Virus record (IMG/VR): IMGVR_UViG_3300021399_000126
Coordinates: 33,887-97,886 of that record
Length of the DNA stretch: 64,000 bases
Source: a virus
Lineage: Duplodnaviria; Caudoviricetes
Reading direction: 5' to 3' (one strand)
The translations under genes were made by a program, and so were the position numbers. The notes below the pieces were generated by a model, which worked only from the letters and a program-made list of their open reading frames with translations, ran no database searches and was not told the DNA's origin. Positions 24,677-36,371 of this stretch are shown here, one piece after another; within the stretch, counting starts at the first letter, position 1; the number at the start of each line of letters is the position of its first letter.

Positions 24677-27600
24677 TTAATATTGTATTATACCAAATTT
24701 ACTACTAATTTGAGATAGCCAAGTAGCATATGGTTCTGCTGATAAATATCTAGAATAATAAGCTGTTGGAACTTGTATCAAAAATGCACTTTTTATAGTT
24801 ATTCCAGAATGCATAGAAACAACTCGATTTCCAAATTTTACAAGATTTATACAACTTGGTAACCCATAATCTCCAATTTCTTCAACATTTAATAACTCTA
24901 ATAAAGTTAGTGATGTACCATATAAAGCACGTGAACCTATATATTTCAGTTTTGGAGCTGAAAAATATTTTAATTTACTACAACTATAAAAAGCATAATC
25001 ATAAATACTTAAACATTCTGGTAAAGAAATAGTTGATATACTTTCATGTTGACTAAATACACTAGATCCTATATACGTACATTTAGGTAAATAGATTGAA
25101 CTCGTGGTCCACGATACAGTTATAGAATAGTCTAATCCAGATTGTAAATTTGATAATGATAAGTATCTATTAGCATATATTTTAAAATTAGTACTTGCTG
25201 GTAATCTTGAAAAACCTAATGTAATATTTGATCCAGAAATAATCATACTAGTAGAAGGATCAATTGATATATTTGATAATTTTGGCATATACACATTATT
25301 AGCACTTATATAACAATATGAAAAATTCCCACGAGATACATATAACACATTCAATGTTTCCAACATTGGACAATTAATATTTGATCTTGCTGATATTCTA
25401 TTATTAAAAGTGTTTGTATTAATAATCGAACAATTTGGTAAATTTAAAACTGAAAATATTGTATTTCTATCAATGTTATAGCCACTACTATTAAAATCCG
25501 GGAGTGATCCGCGTGGGTTATAATCACCAGTAATTCTTAAATCACAATATTCCGTTATAGCACTAGCTCCAAAAGTCATATCATAAATAGCTACAAAATA
25601 TCTACTATTATATGTATGTGTAATAAAAGTTGATACACTTATTAAATTCAATGACGATAACTGAACATCCTGTAAATATAATGTACTCATATAAGATGGT
25701 AAAACTGTCTGATAATTACTGTAATTATAAAATGGATAATAATTACCAATCAATAATGTACCTTTTGAAAACTTTGGTAATGAAATATTAAAATTAGCTG
25801 GAAATGTTTCGCTAGTAGACCATTGTCCTGGACCATGTATCCAAACGTATCCTTCTTCTAATTTTGGAAACGATATATTAAAATTATATATATAAGAACT
25901 ATGAAGATTTCCACCTATATCCATAGCATTATCTATCCATCCATTAAAATATAATGCCCCATTACCTGTTATTTTCTTTAATTTTGGTATCTCTATATAA
26001 CCAGTATTCCATATCTCTAAGGTTTGTCTTTTTTCGGATTCCGTTACAGTATAATATATATTATTACCATCAGTCCAAATATCTTGACCGTAAAAATAAT
26101 TAGAATTTCTAAGTCCAGACCAAATCATTTTATACCATATATGAGTTGATTTATTTAATTTATATTGTTCTTCAGTAGTACGACCACCACTATAATATAT
26201 ATTAGTTCCATCTGTCCAAATATTTTGACCGTAAAAATAATATGGACTATAAAAATCTATTTCCACCCAAGTATTAGTAGAAATATTTAATTTATATTGA
26301 GGGGTGTCACCGTAATAATAGCTATAATATATATTAGAACCATCAGTCCAAACATAATTGCCATCAAAATCAGTCAACCCATGCCAAGTCATTTTAGACC
26401 AAGTATGAGTTGATTTATTTAATTTATATTGACTACTATTAATACTATAATATATATTATTTCCTTCTTTCCAAATGTATTCTCCATTAAAATTAGTCAA
26501 CCCAGACCAAGTCATTGGTTCCCAAGTATTTATTGATTTGTTTAATACATATTGATTAGTTCCTGAACTATAATATGTATCTATTCCATCTGTCCATATA
26601 TAAGAACCATAAAAATTTGTTAATCCAGACCAATTTATTTTAGACCATTTACGATTTTCAATATTAAATTTATATTGCTTATCACCATAACTATAATATA
26701 CATTTAATCCTTCATGCCATACACCAACACCTCGCATTTGGTAAGTTGGTCCATACCAATCAAATATTGACCATGTATGTGTGCTAATATCTAATTTATA
26801 TTGAAGATAATTACTTCGTGAATCATAAGCGGAATAGTACACATTAGTTCCATCAGTCCAAACATAATTGCCGTTAAAATCTGTTAATCCAGACCAAGTC
26901 ATTCGAGACCATGTATTAGTACTAAAATCTAATTTATATTGAGTAGATGAACTGCTATAATATATATTATAACCATCAGTCCAAACATAATTACCATTAA
27001 AACTGGTTAATCCAGACCAAGTCATTTTGGACCATTTATGAGTACTAGAATCTAATTTATATTGAATAGATGAACTGCTATAATATACATCACTGCCACT
27101 CTTCCAAATATATTGACCATAAAAATCTGTTAAACCAGACCAATTCATTTTAGACCACGTATGAGTACTAATATCTAATTTATATTGAGTAGATGAATCG
27201 CTATAATATATATCTGTTCCATCAGTCCAAACATAATTACCATACAAATCTGTCAACCCAGACCAAGTCATTGGTTCCCAAGTATTTATTGATTTGTTTA
27301 ATACATATTGATTAGTTCCTGAACTATAATATGTATCTATTCCATCAGACCACATACGACTACCAGATGCATTTTCTGGTAATCCAATCCAATTTATTTT
27401 AGACCATTCATTTGTGTTTCTATCCAGTATATATTGATCGTGCCTAATACTTTGATATATATCGGTTCCATCTGTCCATATGCAAGAGCCATCTAATGTG
27501 CATGCTGGGCCAATAAATGTTGTCTCAATCCAAGTATTTGTTACTTCATCTAATATAAATTGATCATTATGATTATATTGATTACCATAATAACTATAAT

Positions 27601-29794
27601 ATATATTGACTCCATCAGTCCAAACATTAACACCATCTAATTCATCATATCCATTCCAAGTTTCTTCTGACCATATTCTAGTATTTTTATCTAATATAAA
27701 TTGTTTATTCGTATCACCAGTTGGTTTATAACTATAGTATATTTTATCACCATTATTCCATATTTTAGAGCCATCAAAATTTTCTGCTTTGCTAAGTTGT
27801 GTATATTTATTCCATGTATGTGTACTGATATCTAATTTATATTGTTTAAGACCTCGTGTATAATATATATCCGTTTCATCTGTCCATATGCAAGAGCCAT
27901 CGAAATCTGTAAATCCATACCAAGTCATTGTTTCCCAAGTACTAGTTTCTATAATAAGCTTATAATGATGATATTCGCCAGATTGACTATTGGTTGAAGA
28001 ATAATATATATCTGTTCCATCTGTCCATATATTATAGCCATCGAAATCTGTTAATCCAGACCAAGTCATTGGTTCCCAAGTATTAGTTGACCTATTTAAT
28101 TTATACTGTTGATTTGCTTTATATTGATTAGATGAACTACTATAATATATATCTGTACCATCGGTCCATATATAATAACCATAAAAAGCTATTAATTCTA
28201 TACCATGCCATGATATTTTTATCCACTTATTGTTATTTTTATCTAATTTATAATGATTATATTCATAACTATAATATATATCATTGCCATCATGCCAAAT
28301 GCCATTCCCATTATAATTATGTAAGCCATCTATTTCATAATTAATCCATGTTTCATTATCTACCAATTTTTGATTAGTATTAAAATGCTCAGAATTAATT
28401 TCTATTTCTTCACATTTATCACAAATTAATTCATTAATACCTAATGCACCAGTATCATAGCTGCTTAGTAAATTAGCAATTAATTTATTGCCACCAAATT
28501 CTATTCTATTAACCATATTTAAATACTGATTAGTCACAGCTATCTCTAATGTATATTCACTACTCCATAATATTAATTCTGAAAGTTTTGGTAGAATATA
28601 AGTATTAATTAATGGTGTTTTATAAAAACCATTAAGACCATTTCCTAAAAAAGTAAATGATGTACAATTTGGTAATTTCAATATCGATAAACTTGAGCAG
28701 CCATTAAATGCATATTCTTTAACTGTCTCGCATCTTGATAATGTAATTTTTGATAAATATGAACATCCTTTAAAAGCATGTGACTCTATAAATCTACATG
28801 CTGGTGCAAAAACTTCTCTTAAATATTCGAAATTTGTAGTATCTGACGTAAATATTGATAATTTTGGTACGTATAAATATCCTATACCACTACTTACAAA
28901 ACTTAATATGGTTTTTGATATAGTTTCACAATTTTCAAGATATAAAGCATCTACAAGAATATAAGCATTGCTTATGATTTTACACTTTGGAAAATATGCA
29001 TCACAAGCAAGAACCATTCTTACTGATTGTGGATAACTATTACTAATACCGGATATATAGCTAACATTATTAAAATATAATGATTTTTGTGATTCAACAA
29101 TAGAGCCAAATGGATAATTTATAAGCGATTCATTATCAATGTATGAATAACCTAACAAATATAACTCTTTTAAACTACTACAATCTCGAAATACTTCATA
29201 ACCTAATGATGATACTTTTGGAATCGTAATACTAGATAATTTTGAACATCCATAAAAAGCCCAAGAATCTATTTTTTTACATTCTGGTAAATATACAGTT
29301 TCTAAATTACGACATCCGTCCCAACTTCTACTCGCAACAAATGCATATTTACCAATCCATTCACATTTATTTAAATATATCTCTTTTAAATTTGTACATC
29401 CATAAAATGCATTATATATTGTATAACCATCACTGGCTGATTCTATATAAGAAACATTTGGAAGACTTAATGTAGTTAAACTATAACATCCGTAAAAAGT
29501 TTGTTCACCTATAAACTCTAATTTATCGGCATTTATTTCTTCTATGTTAATACCATCATAATGATCTTGACCAATTAATCGTCCTTGTATAGTTTTAACG
29601 TTCGGCATATCTAATTTTTTTAAATTACGCATATACCAACTACTAGTACCAAATAATCCACTTCTAACATTACTTAATATACCAGTATTTAGATATGTTA
29701 GAGATTGTAAATCGCCATTTTGATATGCTTTTACATAATCGTCAACTGATAAATAAGTTTCACTATTATGTTGTTCAATAAGAGCTTCTGCCAT
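24677..29794 (-). CDS. BspA-type leucine-rich repeat protein with an inserted tandem W-rich (beta-propeller-like) repeat block
   Basis: I...AFYGC..L..(I/L).LP repeats at both ends; about 20 copies of a ~38-aa WTDG.(N/D)IYYS....QYKL....TW..MTW.GL repeat. Confidence 0.8.
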   Translation of the reverse strand: MAEALIEQHNSETYLSVDDYVKAYQNGDLQSLTYLNTGILSNVRSGLFGTSSWYMRNLKKLDMPNVKTIQGRLIGQDHYDGINIEEINADKLEFIGEQTFYGCYSLTTLSLPNVSYIESASDGYTIYNAFYGCTNLKEIYLNKCEWIGKYAFVASRSWDGCRNLETVYLPECKKIDSWAFYGCSKLSSITIPKVSSLGYEVFRDCSSLKELYLLGYSYIDNESLINYPFGSIVESQKSLYFNNVSYISGISNSYPQSVRMVLACDAYFPKCKIISNAYILVDALYLENCETISKTILSFVSSGIGYLYVPKLSIFTSDTTNFEYLREVFAPACRFIESHAFKGCSYLSKITLSRCETVKEYAFNGCSSLSILKLPNCTSFTFLGNGLNGFYKTPLINTYILPKLSELILWSSEYTLEIAVTNQYLNMVNRIEFGGNKLIANLLSSYDTGALGINELICDKCEEIEINSEHFNTNQKLVDNETWINYEIDGLHNYNGNGIWHDGNDIYYSYEYNHYKLDKNNNKWIKISWHGIELIAFYGYYIWTDGTDIYYSSSSNQYKANQQYKLNRSTNTWEPMTWSGLTDFDGYNIWTDGTDIYYSSTNSQSGEYHHYKLIIETSTWETMTWYGFTDFDGSCIWTDETDIYYTRGLKQYKLDISTHTWNKYTQLSKAENFDGSKIWNNGDKIYYSYKPTGDTNKQFILDKNTRIWSEETWNGYDELDGVNVWTDGVNIYYSYYGNQYNHNDQFILDEVTNTWIETTFIGPACTLDGSCIWTDGTDIYQSIRHDQYILDRNTNEWSKINWIGLPENASGSRMWSDGIDTYYSSGTNQYVLNKSINTWEPMTWSGLTDLYGNYVWTDGTDIYYSDSSTQYKLDISTHTWSKMNWSGLTDFYGQYIWKSGSDVYYSSSSIQYKLDSSTHKWSKMTWSGLTSFNGNYVWTDGYNIYYSSSSTQYKLDFSTNTWSRMTWSGLTDFNGNYVWTDGTNVYYSAYDSRSNYLQYKLDISTHTWSIFDWYGPTYQMRGVGVWHEGLNVYYSYGDKQYKFNIENRKWSKINWSGLTNFYGSYIWTDGIDTYYSSGTNQYVLNKSINTWEPMTWSGLTNFNGEYIWKEGNNIYYSINSSQYKLNKSTHTWSKMTWHGLTDFDGNYVWTDGSNIYYSYYYGDTPQYKLNISTNTWVEIDFYSPYYFYGQNIWTDGTNIYYSGGRTTEEQYKLNKSTHIWYKMIWSGLRNSNYFYGQDIWTDGNNIYYTVTESEKRQTLEIWNTGYIEIPKLKKITGNGALYFNGWIDNAMDIGGNLHSSYIYNFNISFPKLEEGYVWIHGPGQWSTSETFPANFNISLPKFSKGTLLIGNYYPFYNYSNYQTVLPSYMSTLYLQDVQLSSLNLISVSTFITHTYNSRYFVAIYDMTFGASAITEYCDLRITGDYNPRGSLPDFNSSGYNIDRNTIFSVLNLPNCSIINTNTFNNRISARSNINCPMLETLNVLYVSRGNFSYCYISANNVYMPKLSNISIDPSTSMIISGSNITLGFSRLPASTNFKIYANRYLSLSNLQSGLDYSITVSWTTSSIYLPKCTYIGSSVFSQHESISTISLPECLSIYDYAFYSCSKLKYFSAPKLKYIGSRALYGTSLTLLELLNVEEIGDYGLPSCINLVKFGNRVVSMHSGITIKSAFLIQVPTAYYSRYLSAEPYATWLSQISSKFGIIQY

Positions 29795-29799
29795 AATTA

Positions 29800-32223
29800 T
29801 TATTCTCCTTTACCAGTCCACATTAAATGGTCACTTAATAAACCCCATACTGAATGATTTAAAAATTGTTCAGTTATTGTTGATGGTATAATTATTATAT
29901 ACTCACTATTCATATTATCAAAAGCATCAATACTTTCTAATATTGGAGGTGCTGATACGCTTGTTAATATAATTTGACTTAATGATTGACATCCATCAAA
30001 AGCATGCGATCCTACATATTCCAAAGTACTATATCCAAAATGAAAAACTCCAGAATATAAAGAACAATTATAAAAAGCATATTCATGAACACTGATCAAT
30101 CCAGTTGGACCATTTACAATTATTAAATTAGAGCACCCATCAAATGCATGTGACCCAATATATGTCGGTCCAATAATGATATTTTGTAAATTTGCACAGT
30201 CATGGAAAGCATATTCACCAATAATTGAAGTATTAGCAAACATTGTTAAATCAGTTAAACCTGATTTACTTTCTAAAGCATGTGATTCTATAGATAAAAC
30301 AGAAGGAGTAATTAACGAGCTTAATCTTGAACATTCACTAAATAAATTAGTTTTTATAATTGAAAATTCAGATGTTGGTGCTGTGAAAGTTATTAAATTA
30401 ATACATCCTTGTAAAGCATATTCATCTATATTTTTGCAATTAAATAATGCAATACTACTTAATTTATATTGTCCATTAAATGCTCCAGATTTTATAGTTT
30501 TAAAACTAAATAATGAACATACTGAAAATAAAGTTCCATATAAAATGTCAGATGTTAATTCTAATTCATAAGAGGATGCTGCTTTTATTATTAAATTTTG
30601 AATACTATGATTTCCCATTAATATACTAGATCCAAGATATTTAACATTATCTAATTCCAAATATATTAAACTCTGACAATTAGCAAAAGCATAGTCGCCA
30701 ATTGATAATGTAACTGAATTAGCACTTTGTATATAACTATAACTAGTATTAAATGATAAATAAGATATTTTACTGCATCCATAAAAAGCATTACTTTGTA
30801 TTTCAGAACATAACCATGAACCGAAATAAAATGTACTAATATTACTGCACATAAAAAAAGCAGATTCTTCTATTATATTAGCTGTTCCAGTTCCGACCCA
30901 TTGCAAAGTACTACAAAACGCAAATGCTTCTTTTCCTATGGTTGCAGATACATAATAGCCATAATTCTTACTATAACTTCCATAAGTATTACCAATACAA
31001 AGATCACTTAACTGTGTTCCATTACAACTCTTAAATAGATATGACGGTACATTAACGCAAGCATATAAATATAAACTTTTTAATGATGTACAATTTTTAA
31101 ATATATTTGATCCGCTTAAGCTCATTTTTAAAGGTGGTGAGAATGAAAATGCATTTTCATTTATAAACATTCCGTTTAGATTTGTACACCCATAAAAAGC
31201 ATAATCATTTATTTGACCACATTGATAAAATCCAGCAGAACAATATTGCATACTTGTACAATTAGCAAATGCATATTCACCAATAACATTTACATAGCTT
31301 ATATAAACATTACTCAATAATGAATAGTTTTCGAATGTATGAGGCCCAATACTATTACTTAAATGATACTGATTTACAGCCATTGATAGACTATAGCTCG
31401 GTCCAAAATAAATAGTTTTTAAACATGTATGTAAATCACCAAAAGTATCAGAATATATATCATATCCGCCATGAATCTCTATATATGATAAATTGGTGCA
31501 TCCTTCGAAAATATGTTTTCCAAGGGAACATCTACAATATGGATCGCTTGCACTTCCATTTTTTAATATCACTGATAAATTTATACAATTTTCAAATGCA
31601 TAGTCATCTATTTCTCTGCATATATAATTACCAATCCTGAAATAATAACTTTTTACATTTTTAAATGCACTTTTTCCAATACGATCGACATAATTCATAT
31701 TATTTATAGCAAGATAATTGCAATTGGCAAATGCTTCATCATCAATACTATACATCCAATATGACATGGATAATAGTCCATATTGATCTGAAACGGCATA
31801 AAAATCACGCAAAGCTGTACAATTATAGAATGCTCTTTTTCCTATTTTTCTAATAGCTGACATAGTTATAAATTGTAAACTAGTACAACTCGCAAATGCA
31901 TTTTCACCTATTTCATATATAATAACTGATCCGGATGCATTCATATCATATCTACTTGATGAAAAATATAAATAACTCAATGATGTACATCTCTCAAAAG
32001 CATATGATCCTATTCTCTGATAACAACAAGGAAAATATCCTATTGTCATTTCATATTGTTCCTGATATTCATAATCTAAAATAGATAATTGATCACTTGT
32101 ATATGGTCCTGGGGGAATCATCTTTAAAATTTTTTTTATAAATTCATAGTTATTAAATGCTGCATTCCAATCATAACGTATATCAGTCATCGTATGGCGA
32201 TTATATAATATAGCTTCTCCCAT
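29800..32223 (-). CDS. BspA-type leucine-rich repeat protein
   Basis: Many IG..AF..C..L repeats; C-terminal PP.L....AF cap. Confidence 0.85.
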   Translation of the reverse strand: MGEAILYNRHTMTDIRYDWNAAFNNYEFIKKILKMIPPGPYTSDQLSILDYEYQEQYEMTIGYFPCCYQRIGSYAFERCTSLSYLYFSSSRYDMNASGSVIIYEIGENAFASCTSLQFITMSAIRKIGKRAFYNCTALRDFYAVSDQYGLLSMSYWMYSIDDEAFANCNYLAINNMNYVDRIGKSAFKNVKSYYFRIGNYICREIDDYAFENCINLSVILKNGSASDPYCRCSLGKHIFEGCTNLSYIEIHGGYDIYSDTFGDLHTCLKTIYFGPSYSLSMAVNQYHLSNSIGPHTFENYSLLSNVYISYVNVIGEYAFANCTSMQYCSAGFYQCGQINDYAFYGCTNLNGMFINENAFSFSPPLKMSLSGSNIFKNCTSLKSLYLYACVNVPSYLFKSCNGTQLSDLCIGNTYGSYSKNYGYYVSATIGKEAFAFCSTLQWVGTGTANIIEESAFFMCSNISTFYFGSWLCSEIQSNAFYGCSKISYLSFNTSYSYIQSANSVTLSIGDYAFANCQSLIYLELDNVKYLGSSILMGNHSIQNLIIKAASSYELELTSDILYGTLFSVCSLFSFKTIKSGAFNGQYKLSSIALFNCKNIDEYALQGCINLITFTAPTSEFSIIKTNLFSECSRLSSLITPSVLSIESHALESKSGLTDLTMFANTSIIGEYAFHDCANLQNIIIGPTYIGSHAFDGCSNLIIVNGPTGLISVHEYAFYNCSLYSGVFHFGYSTLEYVGSHAFDGCQSLSQIILTSVSAPPILESIDAFDNMNSEYIIIIPSTITEQFLNHSVWGLLSDHLMWTGKGE

Positions 32224-32231
32224 ATAATCAC

Positions 32232-32615
32232 CTACACTTTCAATACTAATTTAAGGTTTACAGTTGGAGTTTGTAATGCATATACTGTTATACCAGTTGA
32301 ATCTACTATTACCTTAGAAATATAACTTATGCCAGCTAATTCTGCTTCTGTCTCTATATCACCCATACCAAAAACCTGAGCTATTGGGTGATCTTCAGAA
32401 GTATAAACATTAGGTATTGCTATCTTATTTTTATAAGGATATGTAGAAGATCCACTACTAGTCCAACTACCAGATAATAAAGTATAAGAATTAGTTTTAT
32501 TAAGATAATCAACTACATCTTTTAAAGCTTTATCACCCTTATTTAAATTTCTTGCACCAAGAGGAGTATTAATATTGTTTTGCCAATTTACTCTCTCATA
32601 ATCAGGTATTGCCAT
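32232..32615 (-). CDS. Baseplate/fibre adaptor protein
   Basis: W.N...TPL.A.NLNK N-terminal motif; located between Tal and the adhesins. Confidence 0.55.
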   Translation of the reverse strand: MAIPDYERVNWQNNINTPLGARNLNKGDKALKDVVDYLNKTNSYTLLSGSWTSSGSSTYPYKNKIAIPNVYTSEDHPIAQVFGMGDIETEAELAGISYISKVIVDSTGITVYALQTPTVNLKLVLKV

Positions 32616-32638
32616 TATTAAATCCTCCTCTTTTTATA

Positions 32639-35600
32639 TTATGTTCCACTAGCCCTATTTTCAGAAGCTAATATAAGTCTATAACCTATTTTATCACCAC
32701 CGCTTGGCCTTAAATACCAATAAGCTTCGCCATCACTATCTCCAGCTGCAGTTGTTCCCCAAGCGCAATAACCAGATTGTGATCCACCAACATTATTATA
32801 TAATAAATTTCCAGATGATAAACATCCTATTGATACAGTTTCATTTCCTCCAGATGATTTACTATCTATCCATACCTTAGTTACAACATCACCGGACCAA
32901 CTTCCAACTGTTAAAAACTTGGTACTATAATGTAAATACATTTTGCTACCATAATCATTAGGATTTATTGTAAGGCCTAATTTATGAGCTATCATTCCAC
33001 TTTGTGTATCAACTAATAATGCTTTTCTCCAAGCCATGTTATATGTCTGACCATCTAATGTAACTGAACCCAAAGCTATCTTATCACAAGATATAGATTT
33101 AGCTTTTATTTGTTTACCTGTTATGGACCCAGTAATAATATTAGCACCATTTATCTCAGTTTTGCCACCCGTTTTTAAATCAGTAAAAGATACTTTACCA
33201 GTTGTCAAAAAATTTATGTCATTTGCTTGGATATTTATTTGATCAGCTTGCGCTTCTATTTTTTGAGCACTTATAATTACATCGTTAGCTAATGCTTCTA
33301 TTGTTTGAGATTGTAATTTTATCGAATTCTCTGTTATATCAATTCTAGAACCTTGTTTACCAACTGCCAAGGTTATTTGATCCGCTTTTAGATCGATATA
33401 CGACATTATATCTCTTTCTCTATCTGTAACTGATAACTTAATTTCATTAGCAGTCTGCATAAATTCTGAATATGTCTTACCATCGCCTATCTTTCTATAA
33501 AACATTTCAGCAGATATAATTTCATTGAGATTTACAATCTGACTTGAAAGGTCTTCAGCTTTACACTCTATTTTTCCTTTTAATAATCCAGTGCCACTAA
33601 TTTCATATGACATTATAAGTGAAATTATATGCTCATAATCCATAGGATATAAAGATTCACTCGGTGCTAAAGTTTCTCTAGGATATAATGTATTCTCAGT
33701 TGGTGCATAATAAGATACTGCTTGACCACATTGAAGCCATGGCATAGCTTTTATGGTTAGATTAGCATTTCTTATTGAAATTTTACTGATTTCATCATAT
33801 AAATTTTTAGCAATATTAATTGCATCTTTTTGATCATACGAATTAAGGAGGAAATTGTCATCCATTATATAAGCATGACTATCTGGACCTGTTATTTTAC
33901 TCCTATCATCGGGATAGTATGCTAATGCAGATCCTTTTTTACCGTTCTTAACTTCACCATATTCTGTATGAATATTATCAGCACTATATTCCTCTGATGT
34001 TTTATCAAATATAAGAACGCCTGTGATATTTGGCATTTTGATGTCAGAATATCCAACTTCTATTTGATACTTATCATCTATCTCATAAGGATTATTTGTG
34101 TTTAATTTAATATACTCAAATTCACCATCAGCATTAAATTGACCAAATACACCATTAAATTGGCATATTGCCTGAAGCACTGTCATAGCTGTGATTTGAG
34201 TTTCTCTAACTTTTTCTTGAATTTGCTTTGGTATAGCTATGGATGCCGATATTCCATAACCAGCCTTATCGCAATCATCCATATATTCACGATGTGATAC
34301 ATTTTCTTTACCATTGTAACTAAATAATGTACCAACTAATCCTAATTCTATAACTTCCTTTCTTGACGGTAAATCTTTAATATCCCAACCGTCAGAAATT
34401 GTATGTATATCATAATCAGTTGGTGCTGATGGATCGGTCATAGTTGTTCTAGAAAAAGGTCCGCCAATCCTATTAGTACATATGGAAGCATCATAATCTA
34501 TAGGAGAAACATTTAAAGTTTTTGGTATAACTATATCATCATTTATAAGATTTTGATTCCTTGCTTCACCAAAACCTTCATCTTTTCTAACTATTACTTG
34601 ACCACTTGGATCTAATACTGTGTCAGAATCTTTTATATAACTCCAAAAACTGTTTCTTAATTCTTTAATTGTGCGCGTTCTAACCCAATTTTTACCTTCA
34701 TCAGCATCTGTATAATATGTATCACGTATTGGATCATATTGACCATTAGGAGTATTAATAACTACTTCATCATAATACTGTTTACCACTTACAACCACTG
34801 TATCTGTTGTTACAGTATATGTTCCATTTATTTGTTCAAACCAGCCTAATGATGCTGGATTTTCATTACCTTCTGGAATTACAGCATTATAACTTACATC
34901 ATTTTCTGTTGGATAATAGTTCCATTTATAAGCCTGACCACCTTCATCCAATGCAACATAAACTATTCCTTCTTGACCTTCAAAAGGAAAATAATCATGT
35001 GGCGGAGTATGCGATGAATACTTTTGTATATTAACATTAGCATTATTTATATTACTATCACCATACTGCCATACATACCAGTCTGTAACCTCATAATCAT
35101 CAGCTAATTTATGCAGAAAATCATATGCTGTTATTTCTCTTGTCAAACTTCTAGATTTGTCTAATTTAACCTCATCGACAAGTCCAGTAAATATTTTCAT
35201 TTCCCGTATTATAGTATCTACTGGAGGTATTAATAATTCAGCAGTAAGTCCTTTTTGTACTCTTTGACATTCTTGCAAATACTCTCTATAATTTAAATAC
35301 GATCCTGGTTGATCTAATAATGTAAACTCCGATTCATAATAACCAAGATTATTTATTTCATTAATAATATCTTGATTATTTATATCCCATTCAGGTATTT
35401 GATATGTTCCACCGGCATGAAAAGTTCCTAAAGGACCATATATATCGCCATTTAATTTTTCTGTAACGTTAACTGTCACATTTAATATTTGATCTTTTAA
35501 ATAATTAAAATCATTATATACTTTAAATTTTACAGAACTTGATATACATCCTATAAAATCTATATTATTTCCATTTTGAATTGATTTCTTGAAACTAAAG

Positions 35601-35881
35601 CTATCATTTTCTATAGTTTCATCGGTATATATTAAAGGCTGTGCAGCATCAACAAAATATAGTTTATCGTCTACAACTTGCTTATCATGAGTTTTAATAT
35701 ATTTCCCTCTGGTTTTATTATGCTCATACCAACCCATTCCTTCTGGATTTACAGTTCCAACAGGCCTGACTCTCTCTTTAAATTCAGGAAATTCTATCCT
35801 AATTCCTTTTTTATTGTTTTCATTGAGCCAGGCACTCTTGAAACCTTCAGGATCCTGAGCATATGTTTTAGTTGTCACCAT
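32639..35881 (-). CDS. Tail tip/baseplate hub (Tal-like) protein
   Basis: Follows Dit and TMP; ITAYD, ICQFNGVFG, PWLQCG, ING.NIITGSI motifs. Confidence 0.7.
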   Translation of the reverse strand: MVTTKTYAQDPEGFKSAWLNENNKKGIRIEFPEFKERVRPVGTVNPEGMGWYEHNKTRGKYIKTHDKQVVDDKLYFVDAAQPLIYTDETIENDSFSFKKSIQNGNNIDFIGCISSSVKFKVYNDFNYLKDQILNVTVNVTEKLNGDIYGPLGTFHAGGTYQIPEWDINNQDIINEINNLGYYESEFTLLDQPGSYLNYREYLQECQRVQKGLTAELLIPPVDTIIREMKIFTGLVDEVKLDKSRSLTREITAYDFLHKLADDYEVTDWYVWQYGDSNINNANVNIQKYSSHTPPHDYFPFEGQEGIVYVALDEGGQAYKWNYYPTENDVSYNAVIPEGNENPASLGWFEQINGTYTVTTDTVVVSGKQYYDEVVINTPNGQYDPIRDTYYTDADEGKNWVRTRTIKELRNSFWSYIKDSDTVLDPSGQVIVRKDEGFGEARNQNLINDDIVIPKTLNVSPIDYDASICTNRIGGPFSRTTMTDPSAPTDYDIHTISDGWDIKDLPSRKEVIELGLVGTLFSYNGKENVSHREYMDDCDKAGYGISASIAIPKQIQEKVRETQITAMTVLQAICQFNGVFGQFNADGEFEYIKLNTNNPYEIDDKYQIEVGYSDIKMPNITGVLIFDKTSEEYSADNIHTEYGEVKNGKKGSALAYYPDDRSKITGPDSHAYIMDDNFLLNSYDQKDAINIAKNLYDEISKISIRNANLTIKAMPWLQCGQAVSYYAPTENTLYPRETLAPSESLYPMDYEHIISLIMSYEISGTGLLKGKIECKAEDLSSQIVNLNEIISAEMFYRKIGDGKTYSEFMQTANEIKLSVTDRERDIMSYIDLKADQITLAVGKQGSRIDITENSIKLQSQTIEALANDVIISAQKIEAQADQINIQANDINFLTTGKVSFTDLKTGGKTEINGANIITGSITGKQIKAKSISCDKIALGSVTLDGQTYNMAWRKALLVDTQSGMIAHKLGLTINPNDYGSKMYLHYSTKFLTVGSWSGDVVTKVWIDSKSSGGNETVSIGCLSSGNLLYNNVGGSQSGYCAWGTTAAGDSDGEAYWYLRPSGGDKIGYRLILASENRASGT

Positions 35882-35912
35882 ATTTAATTACCTCTCTAAT
35901 ATAAGTCGGATC

Positions 35913-36335
35913 TTATTTCTCAGTTATGGTGACGTCGAACCCGTCATAACTTTTACCACTATTCATATATGGCATAGTATTGGCGGGTTCCATCTTCATT
36001 TTAGCAGTAATAGTTTTCATGACATTTAGGTTGTTGACATAGACCTCAATTTCTATATCTCCATTATACTGTCTAAGTCTTTGATATTCTGAAAAGAACT
36101 CTTGAAAATTTGTTACTGCTGATTTCCCCTCATATGGTTCATCATAAGAATTGTCATCAAAAAACTTGAGAGTAAAAGACCCTTTTATCTGGTCGCGAAT
36201 GTACTCATCATGACCTATTTTATTTATATCTTCATAAGACTTTGTAATCGGTTCAGAATTTACTTTATAACTAGGTAATGTTATAAACCTAGTATAATCT
36301 TTATTCCCCATTTTGAATAAACTCACACCATTCAT
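35913..36335 (-). CDS. Distal tail protein (Dit-like)
   Basis: Size and position immediately after TMP. Confidence 0.6.
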   Translation of the reverse strand: MNGVSLFKMGNKDYTRFITLPSYKVNSEPITKSYEDINKIGHDEYIRDQIKGSFTLKFFDDNSYDEPYEGKSAVTNFQEFFSEYQRLRQYNGDIEIEVYVNNLNVMKTITAKMKMEPANTMPYMNSGKSYDGFDVTITEK

Positions 36336-36371
36336 GGTCTTTTACTCTCCTTTACTAGTTTTTTGACTTTA

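Noticed and set aside
24677-32223. Diversity-generating retroelement acting on the LRR genes
   Set aside because: No reverse transcriptase in the window and no adenine-specific template/variable repeat pair seen; the duplication found is exact
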